Below are positions 38,557-51,599 of a DNA stretch of 64,000 nucleotides, piece after piece. Source of the DNA: Macrostomum lignano (Eukaryota); contig NIVC01000434.1 in assembly GCA_002269645.1 (NCBI GenBank), positions 496,001 through 560,000 of the forward strand, in the 5' to 3' direction. A program made the translations under genes and the position numbers. The notes beneath the pieces are model-generated. The model saw only the letters and a list, made by a program, of their open reading frames with translations, searched no databases and was not told where the DNA came from. Every line of letters begins with the position of its first letter. Within the stretch, counting starts at the first letter, position 1.

Positions 38557-39559
38557 GCATATGTTTGTGACTGCTTACACAAAACTGCAACATGATTATA
38601 TATAGAAGATACAATTTAAAGTACTTTTGTACCATTAAAGAAATTAAATTTAATATATTGAATGTGGAAATATAAATTATATATAGGCCTATGCTAAATT
38701 TCATTATTTCTACTTTTTTAATTGAAAAATTATTCTAATTAAAAGACCTTATCTATTAAGTAAGCCATAGATGGATCTAATCATGGCATAGGAAAAGTTA
38801 TTGCAACATCTAATTGGTAATTTTTATCAAGAGGATCATAACATCAAGGTTGATAGTCATTTTGTCTACCACTTTTCTACAAAAATATGATATTGTAGAT
38901 ATTTTGTCATTTTGTGTCATTGTGTTGGCTTACAAAATATTAAATACAATGTCAGTATTATTCATATTAAAAGGAAATATCTTGACTATATAGCTTATCT
39001 TAAAAGTTTTTAAAGTAAAGAGAATAAACTCATTTTTTGAAAGTATGAGTATATCTAAAAATATTATTACTTGAAAGACCCTACTAAACAACTGTCAACT
39101 TGACCTATATACTAACTTTTGTTTGTTATAAATAAACTTTGCAATAAGATAGCAAATGCATTATTGTCATTGGATAGGAGTGGGGCTAGGGATCTTATTG
39201 ATGCTCATAATAGCTAACCTGCCTAGAGATCAATGTAGATGTAAGAATAAATAATGTACAATGGCCAGTGGGCAGTAGGGGTTTGCACATTGCTTGTGCT
39301 CCCTTCCTTAAGAGCCTTATTCCTTTCTTATTTCTCTACCCTTGTCACTGCTTGGTTATATAGGTGCCGTCAACCTCAATCAGGTATATAGACATACAAT
39401 AGTTCACATTATTCTCAACCCCATTCCACTATAGTTTTTATCTAATGTGACTAAGCCAGGTGCTTTTAGTGTAGGGGTTGGCAAACTTTTTATCTCTATT
39501 GAGAACCCAGCTCATGATTGCCCTTTTGGGTCCACTTTGTTGGGCCCCTAGAGGCAAAT

Positions 39560-39930
39560 GAATAAGGGAGAAAAGAGATAATGAGAGGAGAGATTAAATA
39601 CAAAAAGAGAGAGAGAAGGGAGATTTATGGAGAGGAGAGAGAGAAGGAGAGTAGAGAGGAGAGGGCAGAAATAAGAGACGAGAGGGCAGAGATGAGAGAG
39701 AGAGAACAGATGAGATGAGAGGGCAAAGATGATAAAAAGAACAGATGAAAGAAGAGGGCAGAGATGAGAGAGAAAAGATAAAAGGAGAGGGCAGAGATGA
39801 GAGAGAGAAAGATAATACAGGAAAGGGTAGAGATGAAAGAGGAAAAGATTAGTGACGAGAGGATAGAGATAAGACAGAAAAGATAAAAGATGAGAATGCA
39901 GAGATGAGAGAAAATATGAGAGACAAGAGG
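39560..39930. repeat. AG-rich low-complexity tract
   Basis: Degenerate GAGA/GATAA purine run. Confidence 0.85.
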
Positions 39931-40418
39931 GCATTCCAATACTTTTATCATAACTAATACCTTTACCCTCTACCTTTAACTTTTAACATATACAAACAAC
40001 ACGTCAGTTTTAGTAAATTGAGATAAGTTTGAAACTATTATCCATGATACAAAAATCAAATGTCTTGTGCTAGTAGTGCTACTAGCTTTAGTAGGTAGTA
40101 GGCCTAATACCTGCTATAAAGGGAAGTGTCTTTTGTTTTATTAATCTAATCTCATTAATGAAATCTGTCTTCTCCCAGACATGAAGCTAGGTTATACTTC
40201 AACCCAATCATAGCCAATAGGAAATGAGGAAATATATAGACCTATTCCTATCCAAGCAGCCATTCAGAGCTATAGCCATCTTAGTATGTGGCCATCTTGG
40301 TCATGGGCCTAGTATTGAGTACTTTATTATAACTTTCTAATAGTTAAAAAAAGTTAATTTTAAATATTTTCTTAGCTATTGGCTTTGCTTAGAATGACTA
40401 AATGACCCTAAGATCACC

Positions 40419-40577
40419 ATGCTTGGGTGCAACTTAGGGATTCACCTAGCTATTTCTATTGGCAACATATACATAGAAGTCACTATTGGATTGAATAGTA
40501 GTCACATGACTGCTCTTAGCCAATAGTGCCTTACATATGTATGTTGCTAATAGAAATAGCAAGTGATTCTTAAGGAT
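40419..40577. mobile_element. Palindromic MITE-like repeat, copy 2 (more decayed)
   Basis: Same hairpin as 38411, with the extended end CATGCTTGGGTGCAAC. Confidence 0.75.
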
Positions 40578-43500
40578 ACAGATATATGAAAATTGAGGCG
40601 AATAAGACTTGCATAATTCAAAAATTCAAAATATAATAATAATGATAATAATACTAATAATAGGAAGTCTAGTGAGATTTTAATTTTTTTTAATTTGTCC
40701 TCTGTTTTAATACTATTATATGATAGACATTTGTTGTATAAGTAAAGTGATACTTTACTTTTGAATTTTGGTCAAGTAGGCCTAAAAAAGTTATAACATT
40801 TTTAATGTTATATCTTTTAAACTTCCATAATGCAATTTTACTGTAAGGCATAGCAATCATTTTTCCTCATAAGGTCTAATTTTCTAAGTCATAGATGAAT
40901 AATTTTTGAATTATTTAGTGGATTTTCATTCCTAATATGTCATTTTTTAGCATTTTCAATGTAGATTATTTTGCATCAGTGCTTTGCAAAATACAACTAA
41001 TAGTTTTTGTTTGATTTTTAAAAATGTGCTATATATATATAGAGTTTTATACTTTTGACCATAATTATGCCATTTTTGTCTTTATATAGGGCCTAGTCAA
41101 TATAGATCATCCAGATGCAACACCAAGGCCAAGCCAATTCAGCTGGCTGGCAAAGGGCTAGTTTAATGTAAGCTGCAAAAAAGCCTATTCAAAAAATTCT
41201 AAAAGTAGTAGGCCTATTAATTAGCTGATAAGGCATTAGCCCTTATATTACAATTATAGTTACTCCTGCCATTTACCCAAAAATTATGTTAACTGCTTAT
41301 GATCCTTTCATTGATTGTTAAGCTGCTTTTTTGATCAAAAAGTAAGTTGTACAGCTAGTGTATTCACATACATGCATGCTTATATGCACTATGCACATAT
41401 AATGTCCAATGCAATGAAACTTAATAGTAAAATCAGAATCAACTTAACTAAAACTAAAAAGATGCCCAGTCACTTCCCTTTTACCCTTTTACTGGAGGGT
41501 AGAGGACAAAGTGTAAGGATAGGTATCAGTATAGGTATCAGCTATTAGTAAAATATTGGCAACTTTGCCATCGGCTATGACGAAATGGACTAAGCCTGCG
41601 TATGCGTATGCAATCTGACAGGATCTTCTGGGACGGGACTGAACAAACCTATCAGTTTCTTGGAAACTTTTCGGTAAGCAATATAACATTTATTTTTTAA
41701 GTTTGACTTCAAAAAGTGAATATTACGGTTTTCTAACTACACTTAATACCGAATTCAACTTAGCGCAGTTATTTTTATCATTTGGTAGCATAATCAGAGT
41801 AATAATATTATATTTATTACCTTTAGATCATACGTATGGGGCTTTTCATGCATTACCAATTCCAGAACCAGAATCGATTGATTCGGATCTTCCAAAAAAA
41901 AGCAGTATAACTATTTAACTTTGCTGAATTTTTGACTGCCTTACAGCTTCACTTTGCACAATTTTTCACTTTCTTCTTGGCTATTGCCATTCAATAATCA
42001 CAACTTTAAAGCACTTATATCCCTCTAGTTTAGGAGACAAAAAGTTATACTTTACAAATTGGATCTAGTCCTAGAACCAGAACAAGCAATATGAAAAGGC
42101 CTATATCGGCACGTGTGCTAAAAAAGTTAACAAACAGACCATTTAAAAGGTAAAGAAAATGTTTTTTTTAATACCAGGCTTTGTTGAACTTTGTTTAAAG
42201 TTTGGTCAATTAAAAGCCTAGACTAGACAGAGATTTAGACCTAACTCCCTAGCAATTAATCTCATCTCATGAAATCAACATTTTTTAGTAATTTATATTA
42301 GTTATATTAATAGTAATTAGGCCTAATTAGCAATAAAGTGTCCCCTTTTGGGGTGCCCAATTAGCAAGGAGCAAAAATGATTAATGCAAAAATATTAAAG
42401 TTAAAAAACCACATTTTCTTAAGAACTTTTGATCTCCTTACAATGTCCTTTATATTGTAGCTTTAAATTTTATGGCTAGGCCTAGGCTTAACTCTTGTTG
42501 TTGACAGACAACTTTATTATATTAGTCTGCCTATCTGTAAGGACTGTAGGCCTAGTAGGCCTAATAGTATTTGTCTCTAAAATGGCAACTTTTTTATCCC
42601 ATTTGCAATGGTGTAAGACCAAGATGGTCATATACCTAGATGGCCAGTGTAAGACCAAGATGGCCACACACCAAGATGGCTACAACATTAAATCTCTATT
42701 ATATTTACTCTCTCTTTCTACCATTAATTAGCAAACCTAATAGCTATTGTTATATTGGCGATCTTTCAGTTTCCCACTCTAAATTATTTTAACGCTTTTT
42801 TCAAACTTTTCAGAGTTGCAGAAGCATAGAACAGAAGTAGAAACATACATTTAGGTAAAGTTTAGGTCTCCTTATAATTAAAATTATAAGTTAATTATTA
42901 ATTAGACACAATAGTAGTGGGTGATCTAGTATAGGATATTGCCAAAGTGATGTTCAGGGAAAGCTCAACGCCACATGAACTCCTGCAGGTAAGTTTCAAA
43001 TAGGTTGTTGTTTGTTCTATGCATTGCTCAAATTTTGGCTTTATATTCCCTCAACAGCATTTGTATGAGCCGCTGGGTTGTTAGGGTCCCCGAAGTGCAA
43101 TGAGTAGTTGACAAATGACAGTCAGATGATTAGATAATGTGTTAAGTTAAAAAAATCGTTAAAATAATTTAGAGCAGGAAACCAAAAAATCACCATTATA
43201 TTAATTATTACAAAACAAAACATGTTTAACCAATCATATTCATAAATAATGATACTGATAATATATAGACCTAGGCTTATCATTATTGATTTAGATATTT
43301 AGAGCTATAGAATACCCTAGGTATTACTAAATAGATAATGAGGCATGTTGCAGTCAGACAGTCATAGTTGCTCCTGCTGTTTACCCAAAATTGTGTTAAT
43401 TTTGCTTTTGGGTTTCTTTTAAATATAAGTCATATTTTTTAGCCAAAACTATGAAACATTTTTTGTTAAAACTAAGTCGCATGGCCAACCAATTTTTGTA

Positions 43501-45245
43501 GGTTGCGCATTAGTGCATATATGATTATTAGTTTATCAAGAAACCATTGCTAGGGATAATGCTATGCAAAAAATAGATAGATATGCAATAGGCCTAAGTT
43601 ATTTTTTTAAGTAAGCTACTTGCTTTATTTAGTATAATAGATAAATATTTATAGGTCAAGCTACTACAATAAAAGCTTATATGGGTCAAGTAGCTATATA
43701 AAGTTTGGGCTCTTAGTTGAATATTTAAAAGAATCTATCAAGCAGAACATGAAGCCTAGCTTCTGCAGTGCAATGCGACTTCAACCTAAATTATCTATGG
43801 TCACAAATTTCAGCAGTGTTTTTGCCAAATTGCTGTTTTGTAGAAGAAAAAATTAGACCTCATTGTAACTTATTTCAGTATTTATTCAATTTCATTTATT
43901 GAAAAATTCTTTTAAGTTCTTATTCTTATTCTTTGACTAAGTGCACAAACTTATAGCTATTTGGCCTATATGCATGAAGATATATATAATTTTTTTATCA
44001 TTTATATAGCACATTTAAGAAGTTACTATAGGGGGGCTAATTACTTTTGAAATACCATAAATATAATAATTACATTGTAGCATCTATCTTCCTAATTACT
44101 ACCAATACAAAATAGGTGGAATATATACCTAGGCTTATTATTATCTATTTAGACATTTAGAACTGTGGCTATCTTGGTATATTGCCTTCTTGGACAAATG
44201 CCTTGCAACTGCTATAATGTGCTATAAACTTTATTTATTTCAATGTAGACTAGATCTAAACTTTTGCATTAAGCAAACAAAGTTTGTAGACTAAATATAT
44301 TTTAATAAGTAGAACTTGATTGTTTAAAGTAAATCAATTTGGGAGTAAATCAAATTATTTCCTTTGTTCCATGCTATAGAGGGGCTACTTGACTTTGTCT
44401 ATCTTATTTTTGCCTAACAAAATGTTAGGAGGTTATATAATATATTAAATATATAAGTAGACCTAAGCCTAGATAGTTATTTAAAATCATTTATGCTTTT
44501 GGCTAGACTTAGCCAACTAACTGATAAGGGCCTATTCTTCATTAAAATACTTATAAGCCATGATATTTATATAAATAGATTCTAGGCTAGAGCATATTTT
44601 GGCTAGGTCAATTATGACTTTGCAAATGTTTATACCATGCTGCAGCAAAAGTTGATTAGGCCTAATAATCAGTATTAGGCACTTGTCTATTAATAAGCAT
44701 TAAGATTTTTCATTACTGTTAATAGACTACCATGCCATTAAGATTTTGTTGCACTAATGGATTAACAAATTTGCATTAGACCTAATGCTTTTATGATTTA
44801 AAGACATTCATTAATGTTAATCACAAGTGAATACAAGAGTAAGAACAAAGGTGCAAAGATCATAAATATGTCTGACAAGTAGTTATATTATAAATTTAAT
44901 TTACCTACATGTCTAATTAGTCTTTCTGTTTATAAGGATAATCATACAATTTAACATCTTCTTACTTTCAGTTACAATGTATTGCTTTTATTATTAAAAT
45001 ATGATATAATTCTTGCTTACACATAGGCATTATTTTATTTAATTTTTTACCCATCTTTAGTAACTTTCTGCTGCGCCTGCTAGTGCAACTGAAACAACTT
45101 TAACAAATTTAAATTTTCAAATAAAGAAGTTTTTCTTACTTTATACCACCTTTAGTAGCCTCTTATGTATATAAGTTTTTTCTTATACATGCATCATTTG
45201 TTATTTAATAAATTGTAAGTCACTTTGATAACCTCTCTGTGTCAG

Positions 45246-45285
<40 letters not shown>

Positions 45286-46647
45286 ACGCAAAGATATTAT
45301 GGTGGGCGTCTTGCGCGCACGCGCTCGCAGAAGAGACTAGAAGGACAGTTTGTGGCAGATTGTGGGGTCAGGTTAATGGCTTGAAGGTCAGACTCAAGCG
45401 TGGCGGTCAGCGTGGCGGTCCGGCCTTGGCCCCGTCAGAGACGCTCGGTTGGCTGATGTAGCAAGGTTAGCGCCAGCGGGTTTTGCTCCCCTCTGCCGTA
45501 GCTGCGGAGGCAGTGGCCGACGAGCATTAGCCGGCGCCGCTGCAGAGTGGCACTGAGCTGAGGCACACGGGCTCTCGCCATCAGCTGGTCCGTCGGCAGC
45601 CGCTCTGGGTAATGGATGCCAAGGGCGAACCGCAGCAGCGATCGGTAGGCAGCGTCCAGGGCTCGGGACCTCGAGTCGGTCATTGGCACTGCCTCCAGTC
45701 CGTACAGGAAGATTGGCTCTACGGCAGCGCGGAACAGGCGCATCTTCACGTCGTCGTTGGCAGCTGAGCTGAAGACCTCCCTGAGGAGATGAGCCGCGCG
45801 CCAGGCCTGTGACCTCCGGTCGGCGATGATGGAGTCAGGGCTCATCACGAGGGAGCCCAGGTACCGGAAGTCTCTGCAGGCTGAAATGACTTGTCCATCT
45901 GGTAGGGTCAGGATTGGTGCTGCATCGGTGCCCATGTGCAGCACTTCCGTCTTGCGTGCGTTGATTTGCAGTCCGACTCGGGCGCTCTCCTCATAGAGTC
46001 TCGAGAGCGCTCTCTGGGCGGCAGTCGGACTGCGGCACAGCAGGGCAATGTCGTCGGCGTATGCGAGGGCGGGCAGAGGGGCAGCACCGCGGCGGGAGCT
46101 CCGGCGTGACGCCAGCAAGTAGCTGTCCTCCTCTGTGAGGCTTCGGCGCAGCACGTAGTCGACGACAAGGATGAAGAGCAGTGGAGCCAACGTGTCATCT
46201 TGGAGGACTCCAGAGCTGGTGCAGAAGTCCTCAGTTGGGCCATCGCTGGTTTGGACAAAGGCTTTGCTGTTGTTGTAGAGGTCCATCACTGCAACGATAA
46301 GAGCCGGAGGGACGCCATAGTGTTTGAGCAGCCACGCGATCGCGCGCCGGCACACTGAGTCAAAAGCTTTGCGGAAGTCCACAAAGACAATTGACACAGC
46401 TCTTTGGTGAGTTTTACAGGCCTCGACGACTGCTCGAAGGGCTGCAATCTGCTCTGTTGTCGAGCGACCGGGCCTGAAGCCACTTTGGAGGCTCAGGATC
46501 ATTTGGTTGAGGCCAGGCAGCAGCCGATTACGCAGTATAGCATTGAGCAGCTTAGCCAGAGTGCATTCCAGAGCGATGCCGCGTTGGTTGTCCAGACTGG
46601 TGGATGCGCCCTTCTTGGGGATGGAGACGATCTTAGAGGTGCGCCAG
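45246..46647 (-). mobile_element. 5'-truncated non-LTR retrotransposon (RTE-like LINE): reverse transcriptase plus (TA)n tail
   Basis: RT motifs IPKKG, RGIAL, QSGFRPGRST, FVDFRKAFDSV, GVLQ(D)DTLAP, YADD, FRYLGS. Premature TGA at 45437 followed by RRGQGR...LESDL, natural TAA near 45295, then (TA)n at 45246-45282. Confidence 0.92.
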
Positions 46648-46792
46648 CTGAAAAGATAGAAAAGCAAAAACAATGCATTATAAAGTTTGTTTTTTTTTGA
46701 GAAAAAAGGTGCAAAATTTCTGTATGTTCTGTGTTAACATTAACAGATTAATAACAACTATATGTATTATTTAATAACTTATTTTAAATAAA

Positions 46793-48611
46793 ATGTCGAC
46801 CAACCTAATCTATACATAGAGGATGAGGAGAATCTGGTATAACTACTCGTAGTTACCATTGACAATGCATAGAATACAGTTCAGAAATAAATAGAATCTT
46901 GTGTAATTTGCCATTGATAAATGCATAGATTACAATACAGAACACAACTACTTTTCAGTCTGTAAAAGGCAACAATTTAGACCAGGCCCAGTCTCTGGCT
47001 GATGATCTAGAAACAGCTCTGGGTCCAAGTTCTCAGAATAAAGTTCAGACTTTGTTGCGTCGAATTGAATCGCTAACAGATGCTGAGCGCTTGCTGCTCT
47101 ATACAATGCTACCAGCTGGAAAAGATGAACCGCCTACTGTTGCTCCGTCGGCCCGTCAGCGTGGCTTTCAATGGCTGAATCGCTCTCGAGTAGAGGTAAT
47201 AGTTATATCGCTGTATGCCGCTTTTGACTAGGTTTTTCGTTCTGATGATCCAAATGTCCTCAATTATAGCCAATGCTGACGGAGATACAGAGTTCTTGAC
47301 AGTTGGTGTCGCTAAAAGGCTTAGATTCTCTGTTTTTTTTAAAGATTATTGCTGTAGTACTTTATCTTAAATATTCTGAATGCTGTTGCTTTGAAACTTG
47401 CTCCATATTTGCATAGATATAGAGCAATTTTATAAACTTTGTATCAAGATCCGTGGAAAAACTTTTTTTGCTTGGGGATGGCAGGCAAGAGACCCTCTGG
47501 CTATAATATTTTTGCGCTGCAGGCGAGATGTTTTGAAGGAGCATATACTCAGCAACATCGAAAAGTTGACATCACAGAGGATTCCGTCTGTGATCGCCAC
47601 TTTTCAGAGTGCAGGTAAAGTCTCTTAATCTTTGCGAGTGACGCAACTCGGCTATGCCGCGGCAGACTTGAGTTAAGGAATAAAGTGGGGGAGCGGTGTG
47701 CGAGAAGGGTTGGACGGATTAAGGCTATCCCGATCCGTTTTTTCGTATCTTTTGTTTCAAAATAGTCCAAGAGAAATTGCTCGCTGGCGCATAGAGTGGC
47801 CACTTTTCAGTGTTGCTGAGTACGAGTACATGATCCCTCATTTACAATATGGGTGCTTGGCGTCTTCTAAACTGGCCCCTTGGCGTCTTCTGGACAGCAC
47901 TCCAGTCTCCATTGTAGTTTGGCAATAATCTCCATCTCAATGCTAAGGGACACTGCCTTGGCTAGGGACTTCAAGAGTTACTCGTAGTTGTTACTAGAAT
48001 GGCTGATTATCATTAAGTCTCAGCTTTGATCCAAGAAATATCAGCACTTATTAGTGCAACACTAAGTCCGGTCTATTCTATAAAAATCCATTGTGCTGCT
48101 CATTCAGAAACGCGACTCAGATTCAGCGGCCGACTCCGACGCTAGAGCCTTAGTTCTACTCTGGGCTGAGCAGAATCTCGGCGCCGCATTCTCTTCCGTT
48201 GCGCAATTGTCGCGCCACCTGCTGCAGAATCCGGCCGCTGCGCAGTCCTCGTCTCGATTGCAACGAATGCACTGTAGGCAGCAGCAGCATCCTGATGCGA
48301 CTCTCATTGATGAAGATGACGATGACGACGAAGAACTCGAAGACGAACTTAACGACGGCTTCGATGGCGCATTCGACGACTTTGGAGCTGGCGGCGCAAA
48401 CGGATCATCCGATGTGACGCTCATGTCGCCCGTGTTTTATTCCGCTCTGGACTTCACCGCTGCTGCCAATGGCGGCCCGGGCAGCGGCAGTCACTTATGG
48501 CAGCAGCGTGGCGTAGGTGGTCTTCGCCGACCAACAGACGGCTGCGGCGAGTCGCCGCCGCCTACGACTGGTACTGGCAATAGCGCTGAGCATAGCAGTA
48601 ATGACCAGTGA
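46793..48611 (+). CDS. RFX5/RFX7-like protein lacking the winged-helix DNA-binding domain (possibly a pseudogene); exons about 46793-46836 (1 nt short), 46959-47195, 48108-48607/48611
   Basis: QNKVQTLLRRIESLTDAERLLLYTMLPAG matches RFX7 [57 protein letters not shown] matches [28 protein letters not shown] (recalled sequences). The phase-0 GT-AG junction 47195/48108 is in frame. Confidence 0.75.
47548..47820 (+). mobile_element. 273-bp TA-flanked MITE (TIR CTCAGCAACATYGAAAAGT) inside the RFX-like intron
   Basis: TIRs plus TA duplication; an inverted homologous copy lies at 58846-59109. Confidence 0.85.
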
Positions 48612-49212
48612 GTGTATCAGCTGGTTGATAAAATCAAGTGAGCCTGCATTGAGTAAAAATATTGTGGTGTCTCATTAATATTGGGCAACTATTGGATAGC
48701 CTTGAAATGCTGAATCTTTTTCTCTGCTTTTTATACTGTACGTTACTCTGTACTTTCCTTTGTTTTATCACACCTTATACTTAAATCTTACAGCTTATGT
48801 AAAAGTAAGAAAGGGATGTTTCATAATTGTCATAATGCCCAATTTTCACGCTTTATAAATATTGAGTATTTATGGCAACTTTCTTTAGTAGCTTCCGATT
48901 TCTTTCGAATTGAACTTAGCAAATCTTATTTGCATTTGCATTTTCGTGTTGTAGACACATGCTTTGTAACGGAATTTACTCGTAATTAAAGTAACGGTTT
49001 CTCTAATTCTACAAGTTTAATATTTTGTTCGCTGAAAGTACTGAAATTTACCACAGGTTTTCAGTTTGTATTAAGAAATATAAATTACTTTGTAAACTTT
49101 TACAAATTCCTTGATACGAGCGTGACACCTCTATTAAGGTTTTCCCTGTGAAGACTACTGATTTATTGTGTTTTTTGTGATTTTACTTTATTTACTGTAT
49201 TTTAGCCTTGTT

Positions 49213-49512
49213 CAGGGGCGTCGCCACCGGGGGGACAGGGGACACATGTCCCCCCAGTAAATCTATGGGGGGGGGGACATGCCAATGCTTTCCCCCCACC
49301 CCATCTTTGTTGACCTGTTATGGTAATCAATAACTTTGTTTCTGGGCGACAAAAATAGTGCCTGTGGTGCTAAAATGAGTGCCTGTTGCGCTAAAATTGT
49401 GTCTGCGGCAGTAAAATCGTGCCTGCGGCGCTAAAATGATCGCTGACAACCCGGATTCTGAAAATAGGGTACATGTAGAAATTTATTCTGAATCCATGAA
49501 AACGCGCCCCTG
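49213..49512. mobile_element. hAT-type MITE (CAGGGGCG...CGCCCCTG)
   Basis: Short TIRs; imperfect 8-bp TSD GCCTTGTT/GCCTTAGT. Confidence 0.6.
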
Positions 49513-49916
49513 GCCTTAGTGTCAAAAACTCTCTTTTACTAGTTACTCTAGGAAGCAAATTTATGACGCATCAACAATTTTGGCGCTTCTATATTAGTAC
49601 TACTATTCAATTCCACGAACATTTTGCTGGTAAAGTTGAGTAATTCTTGGTGCTGACTACTCTGATCCTAATCACAGAGAATTCTGTAATTCTAATGCTA
49701 ACTGCATCGCATGTTGCTATCTAGATGAAGTTATTCTAGCAAAATTCTTCAAAAAAGAACGGCCATGGGTTTAAAACTTTCCAGGATTGCAGAATTTGAC
49801 GCCGCGCAGTCAATCATTAATCATTAAATATTCAAGTCAATCATTAGTCAATCATTAATCATCAGTCAATCATTAATATGATTTTAATCATATTCAGAAT
49901 TCAGATGCAGTCAGTT

Positions 49917-50089
49917 CAGTAGTGCAACCAGAAATTTTTTGAGGGGGGGGGCGGATTTTGGATGGTAAAGACCCGGGAGGGGTGGCTCTGCTCTTGACGA
50001 AAATTCGCTTGCCCCCCTTTTTTGATTTTTTCCGGTCTCCGCCTGCCTACTAGGGGTGAGACCGACCGCCCCCCATGGTTGCGCCTCTG
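49917..50089. mobile_element. hAT-type MITE (CAGTAGTGCAACCA...TGGTTGCGCCTCTG)
   Basis: Imperfect TIRs; 8-bp TSD AGTCAGTT/AGTCATTT. Confidence 0.6.
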
Positions 50090-50439
50090 AGTCATTTTAC
50101 TGATTACAATTAAGGTCGTGTTGATAGCTAGTTATAAAATTAAAGCGACACTTGAGCTTAAACTTAATTTGGGAATTTAGAGCTTAGAAGGACATTTAGT
50201 CGACAATAATTACCTTGTCGCCAAGGTTCATTTGTTTATTACATGTATGTAAGTCAAACGGCGGAATTACATGTAGATCGATGTGTGCAATTATATTTTA
50301 CAGTTCAAATTGAAACAATTACGATCGATATACGAGCTTGTATTTCAGATATTAAAATTTAAGTTGATGCTTTGCTAAGGTTTTATTAAGAAAATTTACT
50401 TGCTTAAGAAGTTTTCTTCGAAAAAAGCACATTAATGGC

Positions 50440-50908
50440 GGTCACTAGTCAGATCGTGATATTCCATTTCGTCATATCGGATGACGAAGTGACCCAGAAG
50501 CAAAGCAGCTTTGAAAAATAATATGACGAAGTGACCAAATATTTAGTTATGCTGGATACTTCGTCATCAAACCAATAAACCTGTGTGAGATTCGAGTTAG
50601 TGTAATAAACTATATTTTGTTTTTTTTAACTAAGCTGCGCGGCAAGCATGCAGAACCGATCGATTGACAGGTTTTATATCAATCGAGATGACAAAATGAC
50701 TGGGATCATTAGGATTCCAAGTAAATATTTAATCGCCACAATGATTCACTTGGAACCAATTAAATTATTATTGGTGATGACGAAATGACTCTTTTCAGGT
50801 AGTGCATGCTATACTAATTAAGATGACGAAGTGTCGATCCCTAGTCGAGGTAAGCACCCCAGACACCCCCAGATGACGAAATAGCAGATGACGAAATGAC
50901 TAGGAACC
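50440..50908. mobile_element. Non-autonomous DNA transposon with GG...CC termini and a perfect 8-bp TSD (Merlin/Mutator-like, unassigned)
   Basis: TTAATGGC flanks both ends; TIR GGTCACTAGTCA/TGACTAGGAACC; repeated ATGACGAA motifs in both orientations. Confidence 0.75.
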
Positions 50909-51599
50909 TTAATGGCAGTCGTATTTTATCAGCAGATTGCATAAAATGTGTCTAATTATTGATCTTCCACTCTTTTTAAACTTTTAGTTGATAAACGAGA
51001 GTGCTTTCTTCAAGCAATATTTTGCATATTTCGCCAGAAATTTATATCAATTCGCTACGAGCAGACGTCATAGCACCTCCAGTATTCGGTTTACAGAAGT
51101 TGTTGCCCTTAATGGCCTCAATCCCTACCCCCAACTGTATCCATATGTAATTGATTAACTAGCTGGCGAATTAAGATATAAAACGTAATCAATTTTATAA
51201 GTATTAAATATATATACATTATAAAATTTATACTCAATAAAACATTTTTATTCTTTTGATAATTAATCAAAGACAAATTTTAAAGTCTCTTTTTGTTATT
51301 TTTATTAACATTAATTTAAAAAATTTAAAGCTTTTTCAACTTTTAAATATTCTGAGAAGTCCGTACCACCGTAATAGAGCTAAGACAGACAGTCGACAGT
51401 GCAACTCTACAAGTAGCTAATGTAACTGTTTGACCCTGAATTCAGTTTACAAAGTTGTAACATTTTATTTGTAACTGTCAGTGAATAATATAGTTAAAAA
51501 TAAAAAATCATTAATATTGTCCCCCTAATCAACGGCAAATGATCTTTACTTTTTTACACTCTCTAAATATTTTAATAGAGAAATTGTTTTCTCTCCAAG

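Noticed and set aside
37279-43110. Multi-exon + strand gene from exon-like islands in the AT-rich domain
   Set aside because: Candidate exons contain in-frame stops and could not be chained or assigned to a family.
35385-43400. Short dispersed repeat (TAGATGATAAGGCA...ATAGTTACTCCTGC) near 35385, 37880, 41215 and 43330 as an ncRNA family
   Set aside because: The copies are highly diverged with no conserved boxes or ends; most likely an old transposon remnant.
47350-47520. Remnant RFX DNA-binding domain (LYLKYSECC; KNFFCLGMAGK)
   Set aside because: The similarity is too weak and split across frames with stops.
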